DNA of 64,000 nucleotides, taken from Pseudomonadota bacterium (lineage in GTDB: Bacteria; Pseudomonadota; Alphaproteobacteria; Rhizobiales; Devosiaceae). Shown one piece after another: positions 28,292 through 39,262 of the stretch (positions within the stretch are counted from its first letter, which is position 1; each line of letters opens with the position of its first letter). The stretch is from the NCBI GenBank assembly GCA_023391095.1, contig JAEWBN010000014.1:70276-134275 (forward strand), in the 5' to 3' direction. The translations under genes and the position numbers were made by a program. Below the pieces are notes generated by a model. The model saw nothing but the letters and a program-made list of their open reading frames with translations, did no database searches and was not told the origin of the DNA.

Positions 28292-28690
28292 TCAGTCGTG
28301 CTGGTGGCCCGACCCGAAACCGTACATGCGCGTGGCCCACTGCAGGCCCACGATGCTGCCCTTGATCGAGGGAAGCATGAGCAAGGGCAACACAATGGCC
28401 AGAGGGACCATCGTGTAGAGATAGGTCAGCGGGTTGACGTGCCAGACCATTTCCATGTGGAGCATGATGCCGATAAGCAGATGGCCAACGATGAAGATGG
28501 CGATATAGGGCGGGAAGTCGTCGGCGCGATGATGCGAAAACTCTTCGCCGCAGACATCACACTGGTCCGCGACCTTGAGATATCCGCGGAACATGCGGCC
28601 CTGACCACAATGGGGGCACTTGCACAGCGTGCCGCGCCACATGGCCTGGCCAACTTTGCGCTCTTCGAGAACCTGGGTCCGGTCGGTCAT
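28292..28690 (-). CDS. DUF983 zinc-finger membrane protein
   Basis: CPHC..CDVC, HRADDFPPY and KGSIVGLQW motifs. Confidence 0.88.
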   Translation of the reverse strand: MTDRTQVLEERKVGQAMWRGTLCKCPHCGQGRMFRGYLKVADQCDVCGEEFSHHRADDFPPYIAIFIVGHLLIGIMLHMEMVWHVNPLTYLYTMVPLAIVLPLLMLPSIKGSIVGLQWATRMYGFGSGHQHD

Positions 28691-28692
28691 GA

Positions 28693-30972
28693 CTACCTCT
28701 TTCTCCGGCCCTTGGGGCCGTAGCCCCTAGATGCGCGCTTGGGGGGGCGTCTTCCAGATGGCGGATTGCCGCGCCTGCCTTCAGAAAGAAGTTCGAATCG
28801 GAGGGAACCGGCAACGGGCGCTGCTTCCACCAGCCGGACCTCAACCTTATCGCCCAGGCCGAAGGTTTCGCCGGACCGCTCGCCGATCATCGCCTGCCGC
28901 TCCTCGACATAACGATAAAAGTCCTGACCGAGGGTCGACGCAGGGATAAAGCCATCCGCGCCTGTTTCGCTAAGGCGGATGAACAGGCCCGATTTGGTGA
29001 CGCCGGAAATTCGGCCGTCGAAGCGAGCGCCAATGCGGTCTGCCAGAAACTGGGCGAGTAGCCGGTCCGAGGTTTCCCGCTCAGCCATCATGGCGCGCCT
29101 CTCGGTGGCCGAGATGTGCTGGGCAATTCCCGGCAGTTTGCCGGCCTCCTGATCCGTGAGTCCGTCATCACCCAGACCGAGTGCGCGAACCAAAGCCCGA
29201 TGCACGATAAGGTCGGCGTAGCGGCGGATGGGTGAGGTGAAGTGCGCATAGCGGTCGAGGTTGAGGCCGAAATGCCCATAGTTTTCGGCCGAGTATTCCG
29301 CCTGCGCCTGGCTGCGCAGCACCATCTCGCTGACCTGCTCGATATTTCCAGCCCGGCGTGCCTGACCGAGGATGCCGTTGAAGTCGGACGCCCGGACATT
29401 GTCCGATTTCTTCACCGAGATATCCAGCGAGCCCAGGAAATCTCGCAGCGCCTGAAGCTTTTCGGAACTGGGTTCATCGTGAACACGATAAAGCAGTTCG
29501 GTCCGTTTCTGCTCCAGGGTTTCCGCAGCCGCCACGTTGGCGGCGATCATCATTTCTTCGATCAAGCGATGAGCGTCGAGACGTTCGGGAATGCGGATGT
29601 CGCGCACCATCCCCTTGTCATCCAGCAGGATTTTCCGTTCTGGGAGGTCAAGATCGAGCGGGCCACGCTGGTCGCGTGCCTGGCTCATCGCCTCATAGGC
29701 GGCCCAAAGGGGCTTAAGGATGGGTTCGAGCAGCGGGCCGGTCTGATCGTCCGGCTTTCCGTCAATGGCTGCCTGCGCCTGCTCATAGCTCAGCTTGGCG
29801 GCTGATCTCATCAGGATCCGGTGGAAGGAGTGGCTCTTTTTTCGCCCGTCAGCGCCCATGACCATGCGAACCGCAAGGGCGGCACGCGCCACACCCTCCT
29901 TGAGAGAGCACAACTCGTTGGAAATACGTTCCGGCAGCATCGGAACGACGCGGTCCGGGAAGTAGACCGAATTGCCGCGTAGATACGCCTCGCGGTCAAG
30001 CGCGGTGCCGTGCCTGACATAGGCAGCGACGTCCGCGATGGCGACAGTGACGATGAAACCCCCAGGGTTGGACGGGTCATCGTCGTGCGAAGCGTGAACC
30101 GCGTCGTCATGGTCCTTGGCGTCTGCAGGATCGATCGTGATGAGAGGCAGCTCGCGCCAGTCTTCGCGTCCTTTTAGGGTGGGCTCCTTTGCCTCCTCAG
30201 CCTCCCGGGTCACGCTGTTGGGAAAAACGTGGGGGATTTCGAGATTGTGAATGGCAATGAGCGATACCGCGCCTTCCGAGCGCGGATTGCCGATGACGCT
30301 TGTCACCCGGGCGCGCGGTATCATCAGTCGGCCCGAGAGCTTGACCTCAACCTCCACCAAATCGCCGTCGGCAGCGTCGCCGAGGTCACCCAGCGGAATG
30401 CGCATTTCCTTCTGCTTGCGGTCGATGGGGATGAGGCGCGCGCCTTCGTCATCCATGCGGACAATGCCGATATGGGCGCGACGTGGCTTGTCGAGCACCT
30501 TCATCGGCTTTGCAGAATAATCCGGCACAGGATCTTCGCCGGCGTCTATGCGCGCAAGAATGCGGTCGCCTGGTGCCGGCACGACTCGTGAGCGGCTATC
30601 GACCAGCACACGAACGCGCGGCTTTTCGCCTTCTTCTTCATTCCACTGAGCAGGATAGGCGTGCAGGTCATCCGGGTCGGCGTCTGTCGGGATGTCCAGC
30701 ACGGTCACGTGGGGCAGGGCGGCCGTGCGCCGCAATGTCTTGCGGCTACGGGTGATGATGCCTTCGCCCTCGAGCTCGTTCAGCATCGCCTTAAACGGCT
30801 TGCGCAGGTCACCGCGAATGCCGAACACCTTGGCCAGATCCCGCTTGCCTTTGATATCGTCCTGCTGGGCCAGGGCTTCCAATAGCTGCTCGCGGGTGGG
30901 CAATTCGTAGGCTGCAACCTGGCGGGGGCGCTTTGGGCCGGAAGTGTTTTTTGGTTTTGCTGTCTTGGCCAT
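28693..30972 (-). CDS. rnr: Ribonuclease R
   Basis: TIDPADAKDHDDA and HFTSPIRRYADL motifs; C-terminal S1 domain. Confidence 0.96.
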   Translation of the reverse strand: MAKTAKPKNTSGPKRPRQVAAYELPTREQLLEALAQQDDIKGKRDLAKVFGIRGDLRKPFKAMLNELEGEGIITRSRKTLRRTAALPHVTVLDIPTDADPDDLHAYPAQWNEEEGEKPRVRVLVDSRSRVVPAPGDRILARIDAGEDPVPDYSAKPMKVLDKPRRAHIGIVRMDDEGARLIPIDRKQKEMRIPLGDLGDAADGDLVEVEVKLSGRLMIPRARVTSVIGNPRSEGAVSLIAIHNLEIPHVFPNSVTREAEEAKEPTLKGREDWRELPLITIDPADAKDHDDAVHASHDDDPSNPGGFIVTVAIADVAAYVRHGTALDREAYLRGNSVYFPDRVVPMLPERISNELCSLKEGVARAALAVRMVMGADGRKKSHSFHRILMRSAAKLSYEQAQAAIDGKPDDQTGPLLEPILKPLWAAYEAMSQARDQRGPLDLDLPERKILLDDKGMVRDIRIPERLDAHRLIEEMMIAANVAAAETLEQKRTELLYRVHDEPSSEKLQALRDFLGSLDISVKKSDNVRASDFNGILGQARRAGNIEQVSEMVLRSQAQAEYSAENYGHFGLNLDRYAHFTSPIRRYADLIVHRALVRALGLGDDGLTDQEAGKLPGIAQHISATERRAMMAERETSDRLLAQFLADRIGARFDGRISGVTKSGLFIRLSETGADGFIPASTLGQDFYRYVEERQAMIGERSGETFGLGDKVEVRLVEAAPVAGSLRFELLSEGRRGNPPSGRRPPKRASRGYGPKGRRKR

Positions 30973-31135
30973 ATGTCGGGCGCTTTGAGGAGAAGGCTTC
31001 TATGTAGGGGATCGATGCTCCTTTGCCAAATGATTGGGCGGCAGCAGGGTTCACGCCGGTTGTGCAAGGCTGTGCTTTTTTCTTGTTTCAATGGCATTTC
31101 AGCGGCTAACTCTTCGCCAGAAATGGAGCCCCTTC

Positions 31136-31735
31136 ATGCCAGCCGAAATTCTGCCCCTCGTCTATGCCCTGGCGCTCAGCTACCTCTTCGGCTCCATTCC
31201 GTTCGGGCTGATTTTGACGCGTGCCGCCGGACTAGGCGATATCCGCACCATCGGCTCTGGTAACATCGGCGCTACCAATGTCCTGCGCACTGGCAACAAG
31301 AAGATTGCTGCGGCAACCCTGGTCCTGGATGCGCTCAAAGCCGTGGTGCCTATCCTCGTCGCGCGCCATTTCTGGGGCGAGGATGCGGCCCGCGTGGCAG
31401 CGCTGGGGGCATTCCTGGGTCACTGCTTTCCGGTCTGGCTCAATTTCAAAGGCGGCAAGGGCGTTGCCGTGATGATCGGCTCGCTTCTGGCGCTCAACTG
31501 GATTGTGGGCCTGATCTTCTGCGCGGTGTGGCTGGTGATTGCCTTTACCCGAAAAATCTCCTCGCTGGCCGCGCTCACGGCAGCTGCGACCGCTCCGATC
31601 TTTGCCTTTGTGCTGGCAAGCGAGCGACTTGCAGTCGTGGTAGCCGGCCTGGCCTTGTTGCTGTTCTTCCAGCATCGCGAGAACATTGCGCGACTGCTCA
31701 AGGGCACCGAACCGAAGATCGGCAGCAAGTCCTGA
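31136..31735 (+). CDS. plsY: Glycerol-3-phosphate acyltransferase PlsY
   Basis: [20 protein letters not shown] and HRENI motifs. Confidence 0.96.
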   Translation: MPAEILPLVYALALSYLFGSIPFGLILTRAAGLGDIRTIGSGNIGATNVLRTGNKKIAAATLVLDALKAVVPILVARHFWGEDAARVAALGAFLGHCFPVWLNFKGGKGVAVMIGSLLALNWIVGLIFCAVWLVIAFTRKISSLAALTAAATAPIFAFVLASERLAVVVAGLALLLFFQHRENIARLLKGTEPKIGSKS

Positions 31736-32859
31736 TGGAGCGGGGCCGGCCCATGCTCACCCCGGCCCAACGCATTGCCTGGCTTCGTCTCGTTCGCACG
31801 GAAAATATCGGGCCCGTTACCTTCCGCCAGTTGCTCAACCGTTTCGGCTCCGCCGAAGCGGCCATTGAGGCTTTGCCGGCCCTTAGCCGCAAGGCAGGGC
31901 GGCCTATGGAAGTCATCAGTCTGGCAAGGGCAGAAGACGAGATTGCCGGGGCGGCCCAGTACGGTGCCCGGCTCGTGGCCCAGGGAGAGCCGGACTACCC
32001 GACGCACCTCAATTATATCCCAGCGGCTCCGCCCATCATTACCCTTGCCGGAGGCGAAGGGCTCTCATGGCAGCGTGCCGTTGGAATCGTAGGCGCGCGC
32101 AACGCGTCTTCGGCGGGCGTGAAGATGACGCGCGTGCTGGCGGAAGAGCTGGGAGCCAGCGGCTATTGCGTTGTGTCCGGACTGGCACGCGGCATTGATA
32201 CTGCGGCGCATCGGGCCAGTCTCAAGACGGGGACAATTGCTGTACTTGCGGGAGGATTCGATAAAATCTATCCCGAGGAAAACATTCCCCTAGCTCACGA
32301 TATCCTCGACGCAGGTGGAGCTCTGCTAACGGAGATGCCTCTCGGCTGGGAGCCTCGGGCCAGAGACTTTCCCAGGCGTAACCGATTGGTTTCCGGACTT
32401 TCGCTTGGCATTGTGGTCGTGGAAGCTGCGAAGCGCTCGGGGTCGCTGATAACGGCACGCCTTGCGCTCGAACAGGATCGCGATGTTTTCGCAGTGCCGG
32501 GTTCCCCGCTGGATCCGCGAGCCGAAGGCGGCAACCTTTTGATCCAGCAGGGCGCAAAACTGGTCACGAACGCGCAGGACATTATCGAGGTCCTGGGGAG
32601 CGCCGATCCAGCCCGGCGCACGTTGTTCGATCCAGAATGGACGCCTGACGACGTCCCGACGGCCTACCTCGCGGCGCCAGCGGAATCAGAGCGGGACACC
32701 GTATTCAATGCGCTTTCGACCACGCCGGTCGAAGTTGACGAGATCATCGCCCAAACGGGCATCGCGCCCCATGCCATGCAGATACTGCTCCTGGAGATGG
32801 ACCTGGCTGGCCTGATCGAATGGTCCGGTGGGCAGCTCGTGGCGCTGCGCCACCGCTAG
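31735..32859 (+). CDS. dprA: DNA-processing protein DprA
   Basis: VGARNAS, VSGLARGID, FPRRNRLVSG and SGSLITA motifs. Confidence 0.95.
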   Translation: MERGRPMLTPAQRIAWLRLVRTENIGPVTFRQLLNRFGSAEAAIEALPALSRKAGRPMEVISLARAEDEIAGAAQYGARLVAQGEPDYPTHLNYIPAAPPIITLAGGEGLSWQRAVGIVGARNASSAGVKMTRVLAEELGASGYCVVSGLARGIDTAAHRASLKTGTIAVLAGGFDKIYPEENIPLAHDILDAGGALLTEMPLGWEPRARDFPRRNRLVSGLSLGIVVVEAAKRSGSLITARLALEQDRDVFAVPGSPLDPRAEGGNLLIQQGAKLVTNAQDIIEVLGSADPARRTLFDPEWTPDDVPTAYLAAPAESERDTVFNALSTTPVEVDEIIAQTGIAPHAMQILLLEMDLAGLIEWSGGQLVALRHR

Positions 32860-32862
32860 GCG

Positions 32863-33888
32863 TTAGCGGCCGCCCTGGATGCGGCGATTGCGCTGACGGT
32901 TCCCGCCCACGCCATAGGGGTAGTCAGGAACAATCGGCGCGCTCGCTTCATCGAGCATGGCCGTTTCCTCGGCCGTTAGAGCGACATCCGCTGCGCCCAT
33001 ATTGTCCTTGAGCTGTTCCCGCGTGCGAGCGCCCAGAATGACCGAAGTAACAGCGGGGCGGGCCAGCAGCCAGGCAAGGGACACTTGGGCCATGGACACG
33101 CCGCGCGACTCTGCGATGTCTTCGACGGCGGCTATGATGGTCCAGGTGCGCTCCTGGGCGTTGCGGCCCTTATAGGCTTCCTGGCCACGCTCAGGATTTT
33201 CTCCGAGCCGCGTCGCGCCAGTGGGCATCTGGTCGCGCTTGTACTTGCCGCTGAGCCAGCCGCCACCCAGTGGCGACCACGGCAGGAGGCCCATGCCTGC
33301 ATCCTGACAGGCGGGGATGATTTCATGTTCTATGTCGCGGGCCAGCAAGTTGTATTGTGGTTGCAGCGTGACGGGTGCTGCATAGCCCTGCATCCTAGCC
33401 GTATAGACGGCCTTGGTGATGTGCCAGCCTAGATAATTGGAGAAGCCATAATAGGCGATCTTGCCGGCCCGCCGCGCATCGTCGAGGAAGAGCATGGTTT
33501 CTTCGAGCGGCGTCAGCGCGTCCCAGGCGTGCATCTGGTACAAGTCGATCTGGTCAACCCCAAGACGGCGCAGCGAGGCGTCCAAAGCTTCTGCAAGGTG
33601 CTTGCGGGAGGTGCCCAGATGATTGGGGCCGTTGCCCATCGGAAAGCGTCCCTTGGTGGCAATGACCAGGTCCCGCAGTTTCTTGCCTTTGAGCCACCGC
33701 CCGACGATTTCCTCGGAAGTGCCAGCGGAATAGACGTCGGCCGTGTCGATGAAATTGCCGCCGGCCTCAACGAAGTCATCCATCATTGCAAATGACGTCG
33801 CCTCGTCAGCTTCGGCACCGAACGTCATCGTGCCCAAGCAAAGATTGGTGACGACGGCGCCACTATTGCCAAGCATGCGATAGTCCAT
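32863..33888 (-). CDS. Aldo/keto reductase
   Basis: LGTMTFG, DTADVY, IDLYQMH and PWSPLGGG motifs. Confidence 0.93.
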   Translation of the reverse strand: MDYRMLGNSGAVVTNLCLGTMTFGAEADEATSFAMMDDFVEAGGNFIDTADVYSAGTSEEIVGRWLKGKKLRDLVIATKGRFPMGNGPNHLGTSRKHLAEALDASLRRLGVDQIDLYQMHAWDALTPLEETMLFLDDARRAGKIAYYGFSNYLGWHITKAVYTARMQGYAAPVTLQPQYNLLARDIEHEIIPACQDAGMGLLPWSPLGGGWLSGKYKRDQMPTGATRLGENPERGQEAYKGRNAQERTWTIIAAVEDIAESRGVSMAQVSLAWLLARPAVTSVILGARTREQLKDNMGAADVALTAEETAMLDEASAPIVPDYPYGVGGNRQRNRRIQGGR

Positions 33889-34116
33889 GGGGGCCTCCTA
33901 AGGGGTAACACAGCGCCGAAGCGGCCCGTAAGAGCGCGGCCTGCGGCGGTTGATCTAGGCGTAACGGGCTTGCGGCGAGCGGATCGCTCAACCCATCCTG
34001 ACATGGTGTCGCGGAGCGTTGCAAGTCTAGGTCGGCTCTAGGGTCCCCGTTGACACTGGCACCCGGCTTCACCATGTTGCGCGCTCTTTGAGTACTGTTG
34101 CGGAACGGATCCCCGA

Positions 34117-36750
34117 ATGAAGGTTGTCGTCGTTGAAAGTCCGGCCAAGGCCAAGACAATCAACAAATACCTGGGCAAGGACTACGAGGTCCTGGCCAGC
34201 TTCGGCCATATCCGTGACCTGCCGGCCAAGGACGGTTCGGTTCGTCCCGATGAAGATTTTGCCATGTCCTGGGAAGTGGACACGGCTTCCAAGAAGCGCA
34301 TTGCCGACATTGCGGGCGCTCTGAAAGGAGCCGATGGGCTGATCCTGGCAACCGACCCCGATCGCGAAGGCGAGGCGATTTCCTGGCACATTCTGGACGT
34401 CTTGCGCGCCAAGAAGGCACTCAAGAAGGACGTCCCGGTGCAGCGCGTGGTGTTCAACGCGATCACGAAGGATGCTGTGACGGCGGCGATGGCGAAGCCG
34501 CGCGATATCGACATGCCGCTCGTGGATGCCTATCTCGCACGCCGCGCACTGGACTATCTGGTCGGCTTTACCCTGTCCCCCATTCTCTGGCGCAAGCTGC
34601 CGGGGTCGCGGTCGGCCGGACGCGTACAGTCTGTGGCGCTTCGCCTTGTGTCGGAGAGAGAAGCCGAGATCGAGCGCTTCAAGCCCGAAGAATATTGGTC
34701 TGTGGAAGCCCAGCTCAAACAGGCTGGCAATAGCTTCATGGCACGGCTCTTTGCCGTTGACGGCAAAAAGACCGACAAGCTCGATATCAAGAAGGGCGAG
34801 GACGCAGCGGCGCTCAAGACGCTGATCGAAGCCGGCCAGTTCAACGTCGCAAATGTCGAAAAGAAGCCGACCAAGCGCAATCCCTATGCACCGTTCACCA
34901 CCTCAAGCCTGCAGCAGGACGCGTCGTCGCGATTGGGTCTGTCGCCCAATCGCACAATGCAGATTGCCCAGCGGCTCTACGAAGATGGCCTGATTACCTA
35001 CATGCGTACCGACGCCGTGCAGATGGCGCCCGAGGGCATTGCCATGGCGCGCTCGGTTATCGGGAAGTATTTCGGCGCAGAGTACCTACCGGAAAAGGCG
35101 CGGATTTATCAGACCAAGGCCAAAAATGCGCAGGAAGCGCACGAGGCCATTCGCCCCACCGACATGTTCAAGCGGCCCGAGCAGCTGAGCCTTGATGCCG
35201 ATCAGGCCAAGCTTTATGGGCTGATCTGGAAGCGCACGCTGGCCAGCCAGATGGCATCGGCCGAGATTGACCGCACGACGGTTGATGTCGCAGTCAACGT
35301 GCCGGGCCGAGCCGTTACGCTGCGCGCCACCGGGTCGGTAGTGACCTTCCCCGGCTTCCTGACGCTTTATGGCGTGGAAGCCAAAAGTGATGGTGAGGAC
35401 GACGACACCGAGAGCCGCGAGCTGCCTTCCCTCAAGGTCGGGGACAAGCCGGACCTCGAAAAGGTTGAGATCGAGCAGCATTTCACCCAGCCGCCTGCTC
35501 GATATTCCGAGGCGAGCCTCATCAAGAAAATGGAAGAGCTGGGCATTGGCCGGCCTTCGACGTATGCAGCGACGCTTTCGACGCTCAAGGATCGCAACTA
35601 CGTCCGGCTCGAGGGCAAGGCCCTGCACCCCGAGGATCGCGGCCGCATCGTCACGGCTTTCCTCGAAAGCTTCTTCACACGCTATGTCGAGTACGGCTTT
35701 ACGGCCGGTCTGGAAGAAAAGCTCGACCAGGTTTCGGCCGGCGAACTCGACTACAAGGTTCTGCTGCGTGACTTCTGGCGCGATTTTACGGCGGCGACCG
35801 AAGAGATCAAGGATCTGCGTGTTTCAGAAGTGCTGGATGCGCTCAACGATCTTCTGGCCGACCATATCTTTCCAGCCAAGGCGGATGGCGGCGATCCGCG
35901 CAAATGCCCGACCTGCGGGACCGGCACCCTGTCGCTGAAACTTGGCAAGTTCGGCGCTTTCATCGGATGTTCCAATTATCCGGAATGCAAGCACACAATG
36001 CAGCTTTCCGACGCGGCATCGGGGCAGTCCTCTGAAGCTCTGCCGGGCGATGGCGTGTTGGGCACCGACCCTGATACGGGCGAAGACGTGTTCCTGAAAT
36101 CGGGTCGCTTTGGGCCCTACGTTCAGCTGGGCGACGGCAAGGAGCCCAAACGCTCGTCGCTGCCGAAGGGTTGGGAGCCGGCATCGCTCACGCTGGAAAA
36201 GGCATTGCAACTTCTGTCGCTGCCGCGGGAGGTGGGCATGCATCCTGAAACAGGACTGCCCATCACCGCCGGCCTGGGCCGCTACGGGCCCTTCATTCTG
36301 CACGACGGCAAATACGCCAACCTGCCAGATGTGGAGGAGGTCTTTACGGTCGGCATCAACCGGGCAGTCGATCTCATCGCGCAAAAGGCAGCAGGCGGTT
36401 TCCAACGCGCGGCGACGGCGGCGATCAAGACATTCGAGCACGATGGCGGGACCATCAAGATCGCGGTGGGCCGGTTCGGGCCCTATGCCAACCAGGGCAA
36501 GATCTACGCCAATATCCCCAAGGACATTAAGCCCGAAGACGTCACCCTTGAACAAGCGCTCGCGTTGATCGCGGCCAAGGTCGAGGCTGGCGGCGGCAAG
36601 AAAAAGGCACCCGCTAAGAAAGCGGCTGCGGCTAAGAAGCCCGCTGCGAAAAAGACTGCTACTGGTGAAAAGAAGCCTGCTGCCAAGAAGGCGCCAGCGA
36701 AGAAGACCGCAGCGAAAAAAGCCGTGGATTCGGAAGACGTGCCGTTCTGA
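34117..36750 (+). CDS. topA: DNA topoisomerase I
   Basis: VESPAKAK, DPDREGE, SAGRVQS, ITYMRTD, a zinc finger and a Lys/Ala-rich tail. Confidence 0.98.
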   Translation: MKVVVVESPAKAKTINKYLGKDYEVLASFGHIRDLPAKDGSVRPDEDFAMSWEVDTASKKRIADIAGALKGADGLILATDPDREGEAISWHILDVLRAKKALKKDVPVQRVVFNAITKDAVTAAMAKPRDIDMPLVDAYLARRALDYLVGFTLSPILWRKLPGSRSAGRVQSVALRLVSEREAEIERFKPEEYWSVEAQLKQAGNSFMARLFAVDGKKTDKLDIKKGEDAAALKTLIEAGQFNVANVEKKPTKRNPYAPFTTSSLQQDASSRLGLSPNRTMQIAQRLYEDGLITYMRTDAVQMAPEGIAMARSVIGKYFGAEYLPEKARIYQTKAKNAQEAHEAIRPTDMFKRPEQLSLDADQAKLYGLIWKRTLASQMASAEIDRTTVDVAVNVPGRAVTLRATGSVVTFPGFLTLYGVEAKSDGEDDDTESRELPSLKVGDKPDLEKVEIEQHFTQPPARYSEASLIKKMEELGIGRPSTYAATLSTLKDRNYVRLEGKALHPEDRGRIVTAFLESFFTRYVEYGFTAGLEEKLDQVSAGELDYKVLLRDFWRDFTAATEEIKDLRVSEVLDALNDLLADHIFPAKADGGDPRKCPTCGTGTLSLKLGKFGAFIGCSNYPECKHTMQLSDAASGQSSEALPGDGVLGTDPDTGEDVFLKSGRFGPYVQLGDGKEPKRSSLPKGWEPASLTLEKALQLLSLPREVGMHPETGLPITAGLGRYGPFILHDGKYANLPDVEEVFTVGINRAVDLIAQKAAGGFQRAATAAIKTFEHDGGTIKIAVGRFGPYANQGKIYANIPKDIKPEDVTLEQALALIAAKVEAGGGKKKAPAKKAAAAKKPAAKKTATGEKKPAAKKAPAKKTAAKKAVDSEDVPF

Positions 36751-36840
36751 GGACTGTGCCTTGAGAGGCTCCGGTTAGGGCCGCGCCATCTGCTACTGCC
36801 AGGCGCGGCCGGATGGCTATTCGTCAAAAGTCGCTATGTC

Positions 36841-37887
36841 CTAGCCAATGGTTTGCGAAAGAAGCGAAAGCCAGTTCTCAAGCGCGATCTTGCGGACAAG
36901 TTTTTCGCCGTAGCCTTTGTCGAGCAGAGCCTGGAGCAATCTGGGGACGCCGGCGACATCGCCAATGTCGCGTGGCATCTGCGCCCCGTCGAAATCCGAA
37001 CCGAGCGCCACGCCATCCTCGCCAAGGGCTTCGACCAGCGCATCGACATGGCGCACCATGATCTCGATGGGCGTGTCGGTGTTGAATTTTCCATCCGGTC
37101 GAAGAAATCCTGTCGCGTAATTGAGACCGACCACGCCGCCGCTCTCCCGAATGGCCGCAAGCTGCCAATCCACGAGGTTACGTGTTGAAGCGCAGATTGC
37201 ATGGACATTTGAATGGGTGGCCACCAGCGGTTTGGTGGATATGGCCGCGACATCCCGGAAGCCGGCCGCATTGAGGTGGCTGAGATCGACCATCACGCCA
37301 CGTGCATCGCAGATGCGGACAAGTTCCTTGCCGGCGTCAGTAAGTCCAGGCCCGATGTCGGGATCGGCGGGAAAGCGGAAGGGTACGCCAGTGCCAAAGG
37401 CATTCGCACGGCTCCAGGTGATGCCGATGGAACGCAGGCCCGCAGCGTAAAGCACCTCGAACGCGTCGAAATCGGTGTCGATGGCCTCGGCACCTTCGAT
37501 ATGGAAGATGGCGGCAAGTTTTTCGACCGCGATTGCAGTTTTGACGTCGCCAGCCGTGCGGCAGATGCGTAGCGCGCCGGCGCGTTCCAGGTGGAGCAGG
37601 AGAGCGGCCATACCCTGCGTTGATTTCATCGCGTCGGCAAATTCGAGCTGCGGCGGCAGGTCGTCTTTCGGGTCGCCGGGTGATGCGGCCAGGTTGGCCA
37701 GACTTGCCTTGACCGGCGGCGGAAACATCGCAAAGAACCCTCCGACCATTCCGGCTTTCTGGGCCCGCGGCAGGTCGATATGGCCATCATCGGTGCCTCG
37801 CACGAATGCGGGCACCCGCTCTGCCGGGGCCTTTTCAAGAAGGCGCAGAAGCGTGTCGTTGTGGCCGTCGAAAAAGGGAATGGTCAT
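36841..37887 (-). CDS. Membrane dipeptidase family (peptidase M19)
   Basis: DGHND, IEGAE, DLSH, HSN and GSDFDG motifs. Confidence 0.92.
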   Translation of the reverse strand: MTIPFFDGHNDTLLRLLEKAPAERVPAFVRGTDDGHIDLPRAQKAGMVGGFFAMFPPPVKASLANLAASPGDPKDDLPPQLEFADAMKSTQGMAALLLHLERAGALRICRTAGDVKTAIAVEKLAAIFHIEGAEAIDTDFDAFEVLYAAGLRSIGITWSRANAFGTGVPFRFPADPDIGPGLTDAGKELVRICDARGVMVDLSHLNAAGFRDVAAISTKPLVATHSNVHAICASTRNLVDWQLAAIRESGGVVGLNYATGFLRPDGKFNTDTPIEIMVRHVDALVEALGEDGVALGSDFDGAQMPRDIGDVAGVPRLLQALLDKGYGEKLVRKIALENWLSLLSQTIG

Positions 37888-37966
37888 GGAATCGCCTTTG
37901 CCTGCAATAGGGACAGGCTAGCGGCAAGCGGCCGGCGGTTCGAGGGGATAGGCGGCAAGGCCGCCG

Positions 37967-39262
37967 TTAAATATCCTCGTTCAAGAAGACCGTCTTTCCG
38001 CCAACGATCGTGCGCATGACCTTGCCTTGCATTCGAGCATTTTCGAAGCTGGTATTGCGCGACTTCGAACGCAGCTTCTGCTCGGTCACCTGCCAGGGAT
38101 AATCGAGGTCAAAGAGCACAAGATCGGCTGGTGCTCCTCTTGCGATGCGGCCACTGGGCAGACCGAGGATTTGCGCGGGTCGAACTGTCATCGCCCGCAG
38201 AACCGTCATCAGCTCCACATCACCGGAGTGAACCAGGCGTAGTGCCGCGCTCAGCAGGGTTTCGAGACCGACAGCGCCGTTCGAGGCTTCGGCAAATGGT
38301 TGACGCTTGACCTCGCTGTCCTGAGGGTCGTGGTCAGAATGGATGGTGTCGATCACGCCCGAGCGCAGCCCATCGATTACCGCCTGCCGATCGTCTTCAG
38401 TGCGAAGCGGCGGGTTGAGCTTGAAGTAGGTGCGATAGCGACCCACGTCGTTCTCATTAAGGCAGAGATTGTTGATCGACACGCCTGAGGTCACCCGATG
38501 GTTACGGGATTTTGCTTCCCCGAGCAGGCTCACAGATCCGGCGGTTGAGATCTGCGCAGCGTGATAGCGGGTCCGTGTCAGAGCTGCCAGTTGCAGGTCC
38601 CGGGCGATAGGAATGGTTTCGGCTTCCCGTGGTATGCCCTTGAGCCCGAGCACGGTGGCGAACAGGCCCTCATTCATGACGCCGTCACCCGTCAGGCTCG
38701 CGTCGGAAACATGGTGCACGAAGGGCATGTCGTAATTGGCGGCATAGGCCATGGCGCTGCGGAGCAGGGCGGCGGACTGAATGGAATGCGCCCCATCCGT
38801 GAGACACACCGCACCGGCTTCCTTAAGCAGGCCGAATTCGGTGATTTCCTTGCCGCCCAGCCCTTTTGTGATCGCAGCTGCCGGCAGGATACGGGCCGGA
38901 GACTGCACCTCTGCCCGGCGGATCAGGAAATCCACCAAAGCGCCGTCGTCGACCACGGGCTGGGTGTCGGGCATCATGACGAAGGAGGTCACGCCCCCCG
39001 CGACGGCGGCTGCTCCTGCGGATGCCAGCGTCTCCCGGTATTCCTTGCCCGGTTCTCCCACGAAAACGCGCATGTCGATGATGCCGGGCGATAGTATCTG
39101 CCCGTCGGCATTGACCACTTCGGCACCGTCAGGCACGCCGACCGGACCTGCGTATGCGATATCGCTGATTGTTCCGTTCTCGACCAACACTGCACCCATC
39201 TGGTCGGTGCCGGAGGCCGGGTTGACGATGCGGGCGTTTTCGATGAGGAGAGGGCGGGTCAT
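37967..39262 (-). CDS. pyrC: Dihydroorotase-like protein (PyrC', lacking the HxH motif)
   Basis: [16 protein letters not shown] and SDHDP motifs; follows pyrB. Confidence 0.88.
   Translation of the reverse strand: MTRPLLIENARIVNPASGTDQMGAVLVENGTISDIAYAGPVGVPDGAEVVNADGQILSPGIIDMRVFVGEPGKEYRETLASAGAAAVAGGVTSFVMMPDTQPVVDDGALVDFLIRRAEVQSPARILPAAAITKGLGGKEITEFGLLKEAGAVCLTDGAHSIQSAALLRSAMAYAANYDMPFVHHVSDASLTGDGVMNEGLFATVLGLKGIPREAETIPIARDLQLAALTRTRYHAAQISTAGSVSLLGEAKSRNHRVTSGVSINNLCLNENDVGRYRTYFKLNPPLRTEDDRQAVIDGLRSGVIDTIHSDHDPQDSEVKRQPFAEASNGAVGLETLLSAALRLVHSGDVELMTVLRAMTVRPAQILGLPSGRIARGAPADLVLFDLDYPWQVTEQKLRSKSRNTSFENARMQGKVMRTIVGGKTVFLNEDI

Noticed and set aside
36590..36725. Low-complexity AAG/GCT repeats
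   Set aside because: They encode the ordinary Lys/Ala-rich tail of TopA
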